A DNA stretch of 64,000 bases from Octopus sinensis (Eukaryota). The position numbers and the translations under genes were made by a program. Positions 38,612 through 53,042 of this stretch are shown here, piece by piece. Where the stretch lies: positions 147,560,001 to 147,624,000 of the forward strand of contig NC_042999.1 in assembly GCF_006345805.1 (NCBI RefSeq), read 5' to 3'. How positions within the stretch are numbered: the first letter of the stretch is position 1; every line of letters begins with the position of its first letter. Below the pieces are notes generated by a model. It was not told the DNA's origin. It ran no database searches and saw only the letters and a program-made list of their open reading frames with translations.

Positions 38612-39454
38612 TATACTGTGCAATAGATAAATTGTTGCTATTTTATAGTTTTAATATCGCGCAAGCGCATTGTTGTTTTTAATTTTGTTGACTACTCAGT
38701 ATAGTAGGTTCAGTTGTGCACCCTCTTTGAGGAAAAGATTACCATGACGCAATTCACTCTGCCAGAAATTAGGAAATGACATGTACTGCTTGGAATTTCG
38801 CCAAAATACGAACATTTCAGAGTGTTAGGGTGTCAATCCGAGCACAGTGCAGTCTGAGACATGTTCCGAGTGTGATAAAAATCAAACATCTAGTCAACAT
38901 CACGGTGTTTGAAGTAGTCATTAGTGATTGCGACATTATGCCTCCATTCATCTTCCTACAAGGCCTCAGACTCAGTACGGAGGCCCACATCAAGTGCCTG
39001 ATGGAGGTAGTGCTGCCCTGGGTCAAGACCCGATGTCTAACAACAGGACTATGCACCATGCCACACAAGCAAGGGAACCCAGTCATGTTTGTAAGACATC
39101 ATCCCTAACATCTGACCACCCAACTCCCCAGAATCCAACCCCATTGATTATTATGTGTGTGGTGCAGTTGAGCGAGACAAAGCTTCTTGTAACACCATAG
39201 TTGCACGGAAGGCAAAGATTATGGCAGCATTCACCAACCAAAACAAGGAGACCGTCCAAAAGTATTGTAGGAGAATCCGAAGTTGCCTAGAGGCCGTAAT
39301 TGAATCCAATGGCGATTTTATTAAATAAATTTACTCTTTAGTATTTCAAGATATTTGTATGCAATTTTGGTAAATGTATCTGTTAAAATAGAGATGTCAG
39401 TATTATTTTCAATTTTGTGTAATTTAGACGTCAGTTTAGTCACCGCACCCCGTA
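38612..39454 (+). mobile_element. Tc1/mariner-superfamily transposon remnant with internal deletions
   Basis: MTQFTLPEI N-terminus; MPPFIFLQGLRLSTEAHIKCLMEVVLPWV; *PPNSPESNPIDYY (SPDxNP motif) ... CLEAVIESNGDFIK*; right end CACCGCACCCCGTA; left end approximate. Confidence 0.85.
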
Positions 39455-39560
39455 TAAGTATATATATATATATGTTGGTTCAAGGAGTATAAAAGGCTAA
39501 GTTGACTTTGGTGTCATCTGAACACAGACCAAAGACTTCAAAGCATTTTCCTCTGACAGT

Positions 39561-39941
39561 GGAGGCGCAATGGCCCAGTGGTTAGGGCAGCGGACTCGCG
39601 GTCGTAGGATCGCGGTTTCGATTCCCAGACCGGGCGTTGTGAGTGTTTATTGAGCGAAAACACCTAAAGCTCCACGAGGCTCCGGCAGGGATGGTGGTGA
39701 TCCCTGCTGTACTCTTTCACCACAACTTTCTCTCACTCTTACTTCCTGTTTCTGTTGTACCTGTATTTCAAAGGGCCGGCCTTGTCACTCTCTGTGTCAC
39801 GCTGAATATCCCCGAGAACTACGTTAAGGGTACACGTGTCTGTGGAGTGCTCAGCCACTTACACGTTAATTTCACGAGCAGGCTGTTCCGTTGATCGGAT
39901 CAACCAGAACCCTCGTCGTCGTAACCGACGTAGTGCTTCCC
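39561..39941 (+). mobile_element. SINE family A (head 1 + tail a), full length
   Basis: Near-identical to 232-611. Confidence 0.9.
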
Positions 39942-39942
39942 C

Positions 39943-39994
<52 letters not shown>

Positions 39995-39999
<5 letters not shown>

Positions 40000-40345
40000 G
40001 TGGCCTCTACAAACATCACTCCTTGATATTTGTCGGTTTTATACAACGTGTTCGCCCTGTTTGCGTAGTCACAAGTTCTTTGTATCCTAGTGCAGTCTTT
40101 GTTTCCATATCTAGGGCAGGTACCACTAGTTTCATTACGTATAATGTTATTTAATTTCTTGCTAGCCCCCCTGTATACTCGAACCCTATATTTCTGATCA
40201 TATGCAGAAAACTGCATGCGGTGCATGAAGTTCTTTATAGTTTTTTTTTTCATTTCATAGGGTTCGTATAGTGGGGATACGTTGTTCATTATCCTAAGTC
40301 TACTATCAGTATATTAATTTTCATGTTGTTTGACAAAGCTGAGTT
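39995..40345 (-). pseudogene. Penelope-like element fragment (post-RT region)
   Basis: [26 protein letters not shown]...FMHRMQFSAYDQKYRVRVYRGA...GTCPRY.NK...LYK....GVMFVEAT; resembles PLE thumb/linker regions as I recall them. Confidence 0.55.
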
Positions 40346-40363
40346 CTTGTGCAACTTAATATT

Positions 40364-40397
<34 letters not shown>

Positions 40398-40431
40398 TGT
40401 ATGTATGTACGTATGTATGTATGAATGTATG

Positions 40432-40508
<77 letters not shown>

Positions 40509-41260
40509 CTTGCCGGTGTGCATAGTTTTAAACAGCAGATCATGCATGAAAGGAAATGTTAATAAAGGCCATATCGCCCATCTCAGTATCTAACACGAGA
40601 TTAGACTTTCTATAAATATAAAATTCTGTATGAATCAAGCCAAATATATTACATATATCTAGTATAATAAATAGACGTAAGTAATAACTAAAGTACAACC
40701 ATCTACCGTCCTCTACTTTTTCCTTTGTATTTTTATACTCGCTGACCATTTTCTCCTCTTCCCTTCATACCATGCACTTTTATTTATTTTTTCACTTCTG
40801 TTTTTACCGTTAGTTTTCAATGTTTACTCATATTTTCATATTTTTTATAAGTATAAATATTATAAGATTTTCTTGTTTTGTTTTTTTTTCTATATATATC
40901 TGCTTAGCAACAAAATGGTGAAACTAGCCCGCTGTCCGGAAGTTGTCCTTAATAAATTACATGCATACAAACACACATATGTTAGATAGATGCACACAGA
41001 CATTAGCAGTATAATATCCGTGCGTCTAAGATATTTAATCAAAGAAAGTGCACAATACCTCAATAAATTGCCGGCGATATGGCTTTTTGTATATGTGTAT
41101 ACAAACATGTATATGCCCAAAACATTCTTGCTTAAAAATAATAAATTAGTACCTATACAAAAGTACAGGTTAAACCATCAGATTAATATAAAATTGCTTT
41201 TATTCTAACTGAACATAAAAATAAAAACAAACATTAACATATCTATATATATATATATAT

Positions 41261-41298
<38 letters not shown>

Positions 41299-41471
41299 GT
41301 GTGTGTGTGTGTGTGGTGTGTGTGTGTGTGTGCGTATATGTGTGGGTGTGTGCGCACGAGGTTTTGTATTTATCTATCTGACTATCCATCTATGAATTTT
41401 TTTCTTTCTATTTGATTGATTAAAGTCCATAGTTGAATTCAATACGGCCACTAAATATAAGGCAAGTTCCC

Positions 41472-41583
<112 letters not shown>

Positions 41584-42423
41584 GTGCGTGCGTGTGTGTG
41601 TATTTGTAAAGCGAACTGAAATGCTTTGTTAATATAAAAATGAGTTAATGTATCTATTTTTCTGGGTACTCAAACACATAAGGCATGCAAGATGAGTTCT
41701 TGCCTTATCTCTCTCGACTATCTCTTATCATCCTTTATGTATATGCTTATGCCATTGGGTGCATTCGGTGTCCTTGATATCTCAAAAGTAGAAAATTTCT
41801 TTGAATGCTGCACGATCGGTAAAGATTTAACCGATTGAATTTCGAGAAAGCGAAGTAGTTTCGTCCGTTCTTTCTTGGAAAACCGCGCCGTGAATATGTT
41901 ACCGCATAATCTCTGATAGTATATAGAAGCAAGAATCAATAGCCAAGATTCAGATGTTGTTCGTTCCATGTTATTGTACTATTGATGTTTACTTTACCTA
42001 CAACTCTATACAAGATATTCAAACATGCCGTTAAAATCGGTCATTTGTTTACAAGGCATTAGTTCTACCCTTGAGTAACAAGTATTTCTGTAACTTTTGC
42101 AGTAAATACAAGGCTGGCATAAAGGAACTGATTGCTTCTTTTAGATAGATGCGACGAAGGCTTTGTTAAGATAAGACACCAACAGCACCCAAGCGGTAAA
42201 ATTAAACACATGAATTACACTGCGTATAGCATAGGAAGATAGGTAACTAGGGTCAGATTTCGCGGAAGTGTCAGAAGAAAGTCAAATGGACATGTACAAG
42301 TTTTATGTATTTAAGCATATATTATCGTGGATGAAATGCAAAATAAATTAATTTTCATGTAACTCCGATGAAGGATAAAAGAGGAAGCAATACATTTGCC
42401 GCTGTTTAATATATATTTTATCA

Positions 42424-42622
42424 AGGTGGCTAGCTGGCAGAAATGTTAGCACGCCGGGCAAAAAATTTAGCGGTATTTTATCTGCCTTTACGTTCCGAGG
42501 TCGACTTTGCCTTTCATCCTTTCGGGCTCGATAAATTAAGTACCAGTTGCGTACTGGTGTCGATTTGATCGACTAGCCACCTCCTCAAAAATTTAGGGCC
42601 CTGTGCCTAGAGCAGAAAAGAA
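42424..42622 (+). mobile_element. SINE-like family C
   Basis: AGCTGGCAGAAATGTTAGCACGCCGGGC..GAGGTCGACTTTGCCTTTCATCC..GTGCCTAGAG.AGAAAAGAAT. Confidence 0.85.
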
Positions 42623-44181
42623 TATATAATATTCTATCGTTCCAGAACCGTAACATACATCAGAGCAATATCAGTATTATATTCAAGTTCACGTGAAACC
42701 CCTTCATAATCTCATTCTGGTTTGCAGAGAGATTTTCTTCTAATTTCAGTAATTTTTTTTTTATATTTTGGCTTTGAAATTCCGCTATGTTAGCCACATG
42801 GGACCTCATAGAATATTATTCATATTGGGGCAGTTGGTTGGTGTATTTATATTTGCTGCAGTTCTTTGGCAGATGTTATTTGTATGAAATCTAAGCGACT
42901 TAAAGGTTGTAGGCGTTAAATCTTAAGCTTACTGCTCACTATATTTTTTTAAAACAAACTGTCAGTATCAATGTTTCAGTGAATGCTGTCAGTTAATATT
43001 TTCATCTTACAATTTTAATATCTATGCAGCAGAGCACATCTATAGACCAGTAATGTATCCCGCATGTTTGTATTAGTACTGACACTGCAAATGCATTGCG
43101 GGTGATTGTAGCGTTGTAAAAATAAAGCTCCGGCTATTATTTTTTTTTTAAGTCTCGTATAAGACTTTGTGGTTATTCTATATTTGTTCACAGTGCATTT
43201 GTATAATATATGTACATCAATAGCGAGTTATTTATAAAACAGCATTGTTGCCAAAGCACGACTCTGTCTATACATGCATGTATGTAGTCATGCATACCTG
43301 TATGCATATGTGTGTGCATATAGATGGATGGAGGGAGGGAGGCGTGGGAAACGGGTGTTTGTTTCTATGTGCACATATGAATAGAGTAGATTTATATGGC
43401 TAGCAATAACAAATGAGAGATGATAGAGTTATTTCGTGTTGACCGTAAAGTCGGTGCAATATATATATAACTTTCTTTAGTAACTTACAATCAATATAAC
43501 GCATATTGTTGTTTCTATGGCTGGCGTGAATGTAGCTGCTATTTAACTCGTCGTCTTTCCCATCTAAGCAAATTTATAGCGTGAAGAATTCCAACCATGC
43601 CGACCCGGTTTCGTTGGTGCTCATTATATATTTTATCTCTGTCAACATTATCCGTGGCATTCTTCCATTTTCCAGGCAGTGGAGTGGAATTTCATAGATA
43701 TCTCTTTGCTATTTCTAGCAGATCGATCGGCCAAAAAGAAGGTTACCATGTTTTCTCAAGGTTTATGGATGTTCCCGAATGCTGAATGTCATTACTTTAT
43801 ATTTTATTATTGCTTTCTTCCCTGTTCAGATGTTGCGTACCTGTCCAGATTTTAAAGCTTAATTTTATACTTCTTGGTCGTTACTATTTCATATATTGTT
43901 TTCATTCATATAACCAATGCCATTAAGGGACGAGAAATAACAATGAAATCTTTCACATTTCATGCTGTATACTTACATAAATAAATAGCGTATTAGATGA
44001 CCATGATAGGCCATGAATTCGATTGTATGTCTGTTAGAGCCGAGCTAACACTCAGCTAAAATTAAAAACAAAAACATTAAACCATACCGAATAAAGAGAG
44101 GCATGGCATCCCATTAGTTACCGGATCAATGAGTTCCGCTGAAGACATCCATTGCATATGTTTGCATGTGCTGATATATAA

Positions 44182-44350
44182 TTTTGGAGAGAGGGCCAGT
44201 CGATCAAATCGACCTCAGTATGCAACTGGTACTTAATTTATCGAGCCCGATAGGATGAAAGGCAGAGTCGACCTCGGTGGAATTTGAACTCAGAGCGTAG
44301 AGACAGATGAAATACTGCTAAGCATTTCACCCGGCGTGCTAACGTTTTGC
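44182..44350 (-). mobile_element. SINE-like family C
   Basis: Reverse complement of the 42424 type. Confidence 0.85.
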
Positions 44351-44360
44351 ACCAACACCA

Positions 44361-44412
<52 letters not shown>

Positions 44413-44972
44413 GGGGGGGGTGAATGAGTATGTGTGTGAGGTACATGTGTGTATGTTTATATTCCCGCGTCTGGGTATATATCTGTGTATATTTGTATTT
44501 GTGTTTGTGTGTGTGTGTTAGTGTTTGTGTGTTTGAGTGCTTGTGCGCGTGGGTGTGTACGTGAGTGAGTGTATGTGTGAACCTCTAAACAAGCGTGCGC
44601 GCGCGAACGTGTGCATGTGTGTGTGTTTGCGATGGTGTGTTTGCGTGTATATACAACATCGTTGGTCATTAATAACATCTTGCACAGTGATCCATAGACA
44701 AATGTGCAACAGTTGCTATTTTCCTCTTTTATTCTTGCTTCTGATGCTGCAGTTGGGATCCTGAAATATATTGATTGCATTCGTTCATCCCCACCACTGC
44801 AATACTGTTTACATGTATGTGAAAGCTGAAGGTGCTCACTGATGTGTCACTTTCTATTCCTGTCCTGCCTTGCTATTGTGAACATCTATCTTCCACTTTT
44901 TTTCCTTGCGTTTCACTGCTTTCCATAAAATTATGATGGTTATTGGTGTTGGTGCAACATTTATTGGTCTTA

Positions 44973-45585
44973 AGGCGGCGAGCTGGCAGTATCGTTAGCA
45001 TGCCGGGCGAAATGCGTAGCCGTATTTCGTCTACTGTTACGTTCTGAGTTCGAATTCTGCCGAGGTCGACTTTGCCTTTCATCCTTTTGGGGTCGATAAA
45101 TTAAATACCAGTTACGCATTGCGGTCGACATAATCGACTTAATCCGTGTGTCTGTCCTTGTTTGACCTCTCTGTGTTTAGCCCCTTGTGGGTAGTAAAGA
45201 AATAGGTACTTCGCCTGTCATTACGTTCTTAGTTCAAATTCCGCCGAGGTCGACTTTGCTTTTCATCCTTTTGGGGTCGATAAATTAAGTACCAGTTACG
45301 CACTGGGGTCGATATAATCGACTTAATCCGTTTCTCTATCCTTGTTTGTCCGCTCTATGTTTAGCCCCTTGTGGGTAGTAAAGAAATAAGAAACGTTAGA
45401 ACGCCGGGCAAAATGGTTAGCGGAATTTCTTGTCTTTATGTTCTGAGTTCAAATACCACCGATGTCGACTCTGCCTTTCATCCTTTCGGGGTCGATAAAT
45501 TAAATATCAGTTGCGTACTGGGGTCAATATGATCGACGGGCCCCCTCCCCCAAAATTTCGGGCCTTGTACCTAGAGTAGAAATGA
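44973..45585 (+). mobile_element. Tandem array of three family C units
   Basis: GAGGTCGACTTTGC.TTTCATCC core at about 45062, 45247 and 45462. Confidence 0.85.
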
Positions 45586-45589
45586 TTAT

Positions 45590-46317
45590 TTATGATGATA
45601 ATTATGATGGTGGTGGTGGTGGTGCTGGTGGTGCTGGTAGTGGTGGTGTTGGTGGTAGTGGTGTTGGTGGTAGTGGTGGTGTTGGTGGTAGTGGTGCTGG
45701 TGGTAGTGGTGGTGTTGGTGGTAGTGGTGCTGCTGGTGCTGGTGCTGGTTGTGATGATGATGATGACGATGATAATGGTGGTGTTGGTGGTGGTTGTGGT
45801 CGTACTGCTGGTGGCGGTAGCGACGGTGGTGTTGATGATGGTGGTAGCGGTTTTGGTGGTGATGATGATGATGATGACGGTGATGATGATGATGATGGCG
45901 ATGATAACGAAGAGGACCTTAGTAACGATGGCTGTTTACTTTCTGTTTCTGTTAACATTACTTTACACGCTAATAGTTGCTAATGCCATTTCGATGTTTC
46001 TTTTCTTCTTCGTTTTTTTTTTTATTTTCATATTGATTTGTTTTGCTAAAGAAGGACGGTTTTCTTGTTAATAGTGTTTTCACTGTTGTTGTCAATACTC
46101 ATTACGATTATGACTGCTGTTCACCCTCGTCACCGTATTCCTCATTCTCTTCCTCCTCATCATCCTCATCCTCATCATCCTCATCACCATCATCCTCACC
46201 ATGACCACCATCACCTTCGTCTTCGTCGTCATCTTCATCATCATCATCATCATCATTATCATCATTTTCACCATTATCCTCACCATCACCACCATTACCT
46301 TCGTCTTCCTCGTCATC

Positions 46318-46349
<32 letters not shown>

Positions 46350-46515
46350 GACGATAATGATAATGATGATGATCATTATCGTCATCATCGTCCTCTACAT
46401 CACTACCATCACCTCCATCTTCCTCGTCATTTTCATCCTCATCATTATCATCATCATCATCATCACCATCATCCTCACCATCACCACCATCACCTTCGTC
46501 TTCCTTGTCATTTTC

Positions 46516-46585
<70 letters not shown>

Positions 46586-47400
46586 CAATCATCATCATCA
46601 TCATCATCATCATCTTGATCACCAGGTTTTCTTCCCTTTAATTACATTGTTTGCTGTCATTCATAATCTGTATTCTATCCTCATTGTTGTTGTTCCTTTG
46701 ATGTCGCTATTGTTTTAGCGTGTTCTTCTTGTTGTTGTATGGTTGATTATGATAAATTCAATAATGAAGAAGATAACCGCCCTGATGAAATGACAATAAC
46801 AATAACGATGTGGATGATAACGGTGATGAAGATGCTGATGACGATGACGATTCTAAGCATCATTATAATCCTTCTTCTATTCTTCTTAACCCTCTTTATT
46901 TTTATTACTATCATCGTCATCATCATAGAATTCATGATGCTGGTGATGATTATGGAAATAAGAACTGATAATACGGTTAAAACTAATACCGGTGGTTGCG
47001 ATAGTGACGGTTTCTAATATTTACTGTAATCAGTTTGGTAATAAAAAAAGAACATGGAGGGCGGAGCTGATAAAGATGAGGCTGGCTCATGTCATTAAAT
47101 GCTGCTGCTCATGTTTGTTATGATTATGGTTATGATTATTATGATGACGGGAACGACTTATGACAATGTTGATGATGACGACAATGACGACGACGACGAC
47201 GATGATGATGGGAATCATAACTTTGATGATGATGATCATCATCATGATCATGATCATGATCATGGTGGTGGTGGTGGTGGTGGTGGTGATGATGACGATG
47301 ATGTAGACAATGTGGCTAATGATGACGATGTTGATGATGTTAACTATAATGATCATAGTCACCTTCGTTATAATCATCTTTATCGTCGACATCAGCGAGG
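45590..47400. repeat. Cryptic trinucleotide block: (GGT/GAT)n, then (CAT/CAC)n, then (GAT)n
   Basis: Direct inspection; explains the Gly-, His-, Asp-, Ile- and Met-rich ORFs in several frames. Confidence 0.9.
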
Positions 47401-47569
47401 GAAGAAAAGAAAAAAAAAGCGTACACGGCGATAAACGATATTCTGATTATTCACACAAGTCTTGCAGATTATTATTTTTTAAAATTCGCATTGTATTTCC
47501 CTTGCTTTCATTTATTATATATTGCTATTCATAGTCTGATGAGTTTTAATGCCGTAATTCGTGTATATA

Positions 47570-47679
47570 CACACGCACATACCCTCCCTATACATAAACA
47601 CATACATACGTATGTCCATACATACATACATACATTCATACATACATACATACACACATACATACATACATACATACAC

Positions 47680-47712
<33 letters not shown>

Positions 47713-47735
47713 CACACACATACATACATACATAT

Positions 47736-47778
<43 letters not shown>

Positions 47779-48041
47779 CATACTTACATGGTGGTGATTG
47801 TCTACTCTTTATGCAGAGTTTGACCACATCCTGTACCTACACCTTGACACCATCATAGCATCTGATGTGGCTTTTTAAACCAGACAATGTTCTGAAAAGC
47901 CATCCACATACATATATACATACATGCATACATACATACATGCATACATACATACATGCATACATACATACATGCATACATACATACATGCATACATACA
48001 TACATGCATACATACATACATGCATACATACATACATACTC

Positions 48042-48113
<72 letters not shown>

Positions 48114-48507
48114 CAGACAGATAGAAAAGAGAAAGATGATAGATATATAGATACATACATACATACTACATACATACATACATACATACATACATACATA
48201 CATACATAAAGATACATGCATACATATATGTGTGTATGGATATACATGTATGTTTATTGATACACTTGCTATATATACATGTATGTATACAAATACACAC
48301 ACATACACACAAACATACAAAGACACACACACACATAAATATATATGCATGCATGTATGTGGAGGCCTGTGTTCTATCCTTTCCTTTCTCATTCCACCAT
48401 TCTTCATCATGGCAATTTTGCTGCGGTTTTTCTTGTAATCATTGTTTTGATATCTGAGCTGTCGATTTTGTTTTCATACTCAGCTTTCAGATTTACATTT
48501 CATTCAG

Positions 48508-48565
<58 letters not shown>

Positions 48566-48720
48566 ATTATTATCATTATCATTATTATTATTTTTTTTTA
48601 TTATTATTTTTATTATTATTATTATCATTATTATTATTATTATTATTGTTGTTGTTGTTATTATTATTATTATTATTATTATCATCATCATCATCATTAT
48701 TTTTAATGGTTGTCTTTCTT
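47570..48720. repeat. Compound (TACA)n/(GATA)n/(TTA)n microsatellites
   Basis: Direct inspection. Confidence 0.9.
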
Positions 48721-48974
48721 TTACAACGTTTATGTAGTTTTTGAGCGTTGGTGTTTAATGCAAATAATAATAATATTATTGATACTAACAAAATGACTAC
48801 CACAAGATATGCACCAGGAATAATATCAATTCTTGTCTAGTGGTTTTCTCAATAGTGTTTATTTTTTTATCACTGTTGTTATAGCTGTTTCACTTGAAAA
48901 ACAATTGCTATTGTTATTAGTGTCATTGTTTGTGAGACAGCGAGAGAAGAGTGTTTAGATACCAAATATATTAG

Positions 48975-49135
48975 TCTTTAGTTACTGATCCTTAACTTGT
49001 GAGTTCAAATACCACCGATGTCAACTTTGCCTCTCACTGGATAAAATAAAATACCGGCTACGTCTAAGGGTGGATGGCATCGACTAACTCCTCCCCTTTA
49101 AAATTTGAGAACTTGTGCCTAAATAAGAAGCCATT
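48975..49135 (+). mobile_element. Family C, degenerate
   Basis: GAGTTCAAATACCACCGATGTCAACTTTGCC..ATAAAATAAATACC..TCGACTAACTCCTCCCC. Confidence 0.6.
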
Positions 49136-51997
49136 ATTGTTTGGCGATATTGCTATCATTTATTTATTAGATAAGGATGGTAGAGTTAAAAGGGTGATAT
49201 AATAAATTCATGATGGAGCAGTGCTGCCTTTTAACGCTTTAACGGCAAATCAATAATTTTTGCCATTTGATTGTGTTTATCATTTTTCTGTTTATCATTC
49301 TCTCTTTGTAAATTGACTATAAAATAATGCTGAGGCTAAGCTAATTGGCCATATTTAAGGTTTTCACCTTTAAAGGTTTTGACCTTGTACGTATGCTAGA
49401 AATCACTTTAGATATGGATGATCCCTAACATTTGGGTAATTAGCAGAATATATAGAGATAGAAAATACAGAAAATGGATTGTAAGGGAAAAATCAGACCC
49501 TTAATGGTGTTGATTTGTTTGGAACAAGTTGAAATCATAAATTAAGCCCAGTCTGCAGTGAGTATTGTGATGCCTGTAATTATTCCATGTGTTCACTGCT
49601 TTCTATTTTGCTGAAAAATCCTCTCTCGCCTTGTATAGAAGGTTAGAATATATAAAGGAGAACATTCTCGGTTCGATTCTGGGTGTCTATGAGAATATTA
49701 ATTTCTTTTTTTTTAAGAATAGGTGCAGATACTAATCATCGTTGTAAATTACAACGTTAGAAATTGGATTTGACAGTTCAAAGCAAAATTAGAGATAGTG
49801 CCATTTATAGGACTCGTCTGAGATGCAAGCGAAATCAACCAATAAACAAAGTATCCTGTACGCTTCCGTTCAGTGTCTGGAATAGCTTCTGTCCTTGTGT
49901 AGAAGGGATTTAACTGTAGGTTAAATTTTTTTCTGAAATTGAACAGTCTCCCTGCTTTGATAAGTTAGGGTGAGCAGGCTTCCTCTGCCTATGTGCTTTG
50001 CCGGAAACCAATTGATTTGTGCACTTGTATTTCTTGTGGACAGAGCCGACCTACTCTGGTCAAGCTTTCAAGTTTTTCCACGACTGTTAAGAGTAATTAT
50101 GGACTAGGATCTTCTCCCATCCAATTAGTTTTAAGAGAGGGACGAGACCTATACAAAAGCATTTATAAACAGATAGCATGAAACTGGAAGCTCACATTTT
50201 AATCGTTAATGCGTCAGATATTCGTGGGACTCTTCAGAATGCACCAAATGACCTTAAATGGATTTTGACCCTCACAACTGGATCCTATTATTTTTGAGAA
50301 CTCAATATAATAAAATGCTTTTGTTGAGCTTGCTTTCTTCTTTTACTCTATCTAAATCCATACTGTTTGTGTATTTCGTCCTTGTGTGTCCAATGAAAGC
50401 AATCATTATTATTATATTAATAGTTGTATCATCATTTAATAGCAGCAGTGAAACAACAACAATAATATTAACATGGACAGAAACGGACGCACAAACAATT
50501 CCTGTGAAAATAACAAAAGATCAATACTAACTGCACTTATGACAATAAGATTTTTGTTTGAAAGCAACTACAAAAACAACAACAACGATGATGATGATAA
50601 TAGGAACTGTGTTGGAACGAATAAGAATTACAATGAAAATAACAATCAATAATAATTATGAAAAGAAAGAAAATATGACAAACAAGATGAACAATAAGAG
50701 TATGATAGTCATAGAAAAATGTATGGAAGACTGCAATAGCAGCAAGAGCAAGTAGAGAACAATGCCGAGAATGAATGTTCGAAGAACCACAACTATCAGA
50801 TTGGTAACATATATATATCTATCGTCGACATATGGCCACACACTATCTGTTGAGGAGGAGAATTTTATGCAGATTAGTCAAGCATACTACATCACTGGTA
50901 TTTATTTTATCGATATCCAGCAAGCCATTTCAAGACTTGAAATTATCGATCTTATTACGAACGAAGGTACATTTAATATCTGGAATTTGATTTCTTACAT
51001 CTACAATTAAGATTGTTGAGTAAGAATGTCTCAAAAATATGTACCAAAGAGAATAGTGCTATTTTCTGAAAACCTGCCTATGTTTACTCTTAGGCATACC
51101 TTATCTATAAATTGAGAGAGTAGATATGCATCACTCCAATTCGCCGTAAGATTCCTAAACAAACAAACTATGCTGTCTTCTGCACAGTATTTCTCTATCT
51201 CTATTGATTATTTACGTACAAATGCACATGTATATATCACTATACATCCACAGACTTAAATGTGTGAGTGCACACGAATGCATATGCGTGTATGCGCGTG
51301 TGCACGTCTGTGTGTGTATGTGAGGGTGTGTGTAGGGAAAGTTGCATTGTGCGTTTCTGTGTCTTTAGATATCAAAATCACGAGGACACGTGACTGTTAT
51401 GTTTAATGCTTGTCGTTCTCTTCAGAAGCTTCCTGGTCGTTGTCAGGGGATTGCTTGAATTCGTTTAATTACCTAAGATTATGCAGGTTCTAGTGTACTT
51501 TTGTTTCAGTTTTCCTTGATAATGTTTACATCAGACGTTAGTTAAAACATGTTTTATTTCGACGGTATCTTTTCATAAACGGTTCTAGTTTATCATGGAC
51601 ATGTTTTTACACAGCCTAAAATCACACGTCCGCGGATATGTATATTCCCTAACTACTAAGCTTAGTGGTTAGGGCAATCGGCTCACTGTTCCTATATGCT
51701 TCCACACCCTTGTTTTTGCAATTACCAACTCTTTCTATTTGATAATCTAATACAGTAGATAAAATAGACATTCTAGAATGTTTACCGGCTGATGTCTATC
51801 GATTTTATATCCTCTCCACTTTCTTATTTACCGTATAAATCAAGGGTAAACCACTTTTTACCTCCACTCATTTATAACACTCAATTGCGAGATTGCTACG
51901 CAATACCTAGTACTTGGGGATGAATAATTGGGTACACTACCATCAGTGTATTGGATAGGTACTATCCCATAGTTGACTTCTCAACCGCTAACTCCCA

Positions 51998-52049
<52 letters not shown>

Positions 52050-52051
52050 TA

Positions 52052-52087
<36 letters not shown>

Positions 52088-52199
52088 TGTATGTATCTAT
52101 GTATCTATGTATTATGTATGTACGTGTGTATGTATGTATATATATATATATGTATGCATGTATGTATGCTTGTATGTATCTATGTATTATGTATGTGTG

Positions 52200-52234
<35 letters not shown>

Positions 52235-52312
52235 GTGTGTGTGTGTGTGTTTGTGTGAGTGTGTGTGTATATATATATAGAGAGTTTTTTAGAAGTGGTG
52301 CACAGATATTGA

Positions 52313-52476
52313 ATATTGAGAAAAGAGGAGGTCGTCAGGAGTTTGGAAAAAGAATTTTTTATTTAGTTATTTATTATTAGCGTTTTCGAACTTGTCAAAT
52401 AAAAGAGTGAATGTGCAAACAGGTTGTTCAGTTATATAAATTAATTTCTTTTTATAGAAGAGAACATTTTTGGGAA

Positions 52477-52550
<74 letters not shown>

Positions 52551-53042
52551 TGATTGACAGACAGATAGAAAGACAGAGAGGCAGATAGGTAGAGAAAGGG
52601 AGTGGGAGGCATTTCTTTTCAATTTGGAATGTTTTTTTACCATTTATTTATTTAGTTAATTTTTTACTAAATGGTAAAAAATAACTAACTAAATAAATGG
52701 TAAAAACATTCCAAATCTTAAAGAAATCCCTACCCTCCCTCTCTCCACCTATCTATCTCTGTCTATCTCTATCTAGCTGTCTGTCTATATATCTATCTCT
52801 CCTCCCGCTATCTATCTACCTATCTGTCTCCATATTCCTGGAACGTCACTCCATAACACAAAACAAGCAAAAAAAAAACAATGTTCCCTTCTAAAAATAA
52901 AATATTGATTTATATAAATGAACAACCTGTTTGCACATTTTCTATTTTATTTGACAAGTTCGAAAATGAACGAAGCGCTAATAAGGACTAACTAAAGAAA
53001 TTCTTTTTCCAAAATTCTGACGGCCTCCTCTGTTCTCAATAT
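52313..53042. repeat. Imperfect 730-bp palindrome (foldback element)
   Basis: Left arm 52313-52667 is the reverse complement of right arm 52674-53042, including (GATA)n versus (TATC)n; loop about 6 nt (TAAATG). Confidence 0.85.

Noticed and set aside
46065-46718. 217-aa His-rich ORF, and the Gly/Asp-rich ORF at 45582-45983, as possible cephalopod structural proteins
   Set aside because: Open in several frames and on both strands purely because of trinucleotide repeats; no GHG/GGY motifs typical of beak or sucker proteins and no splice or signal evidence
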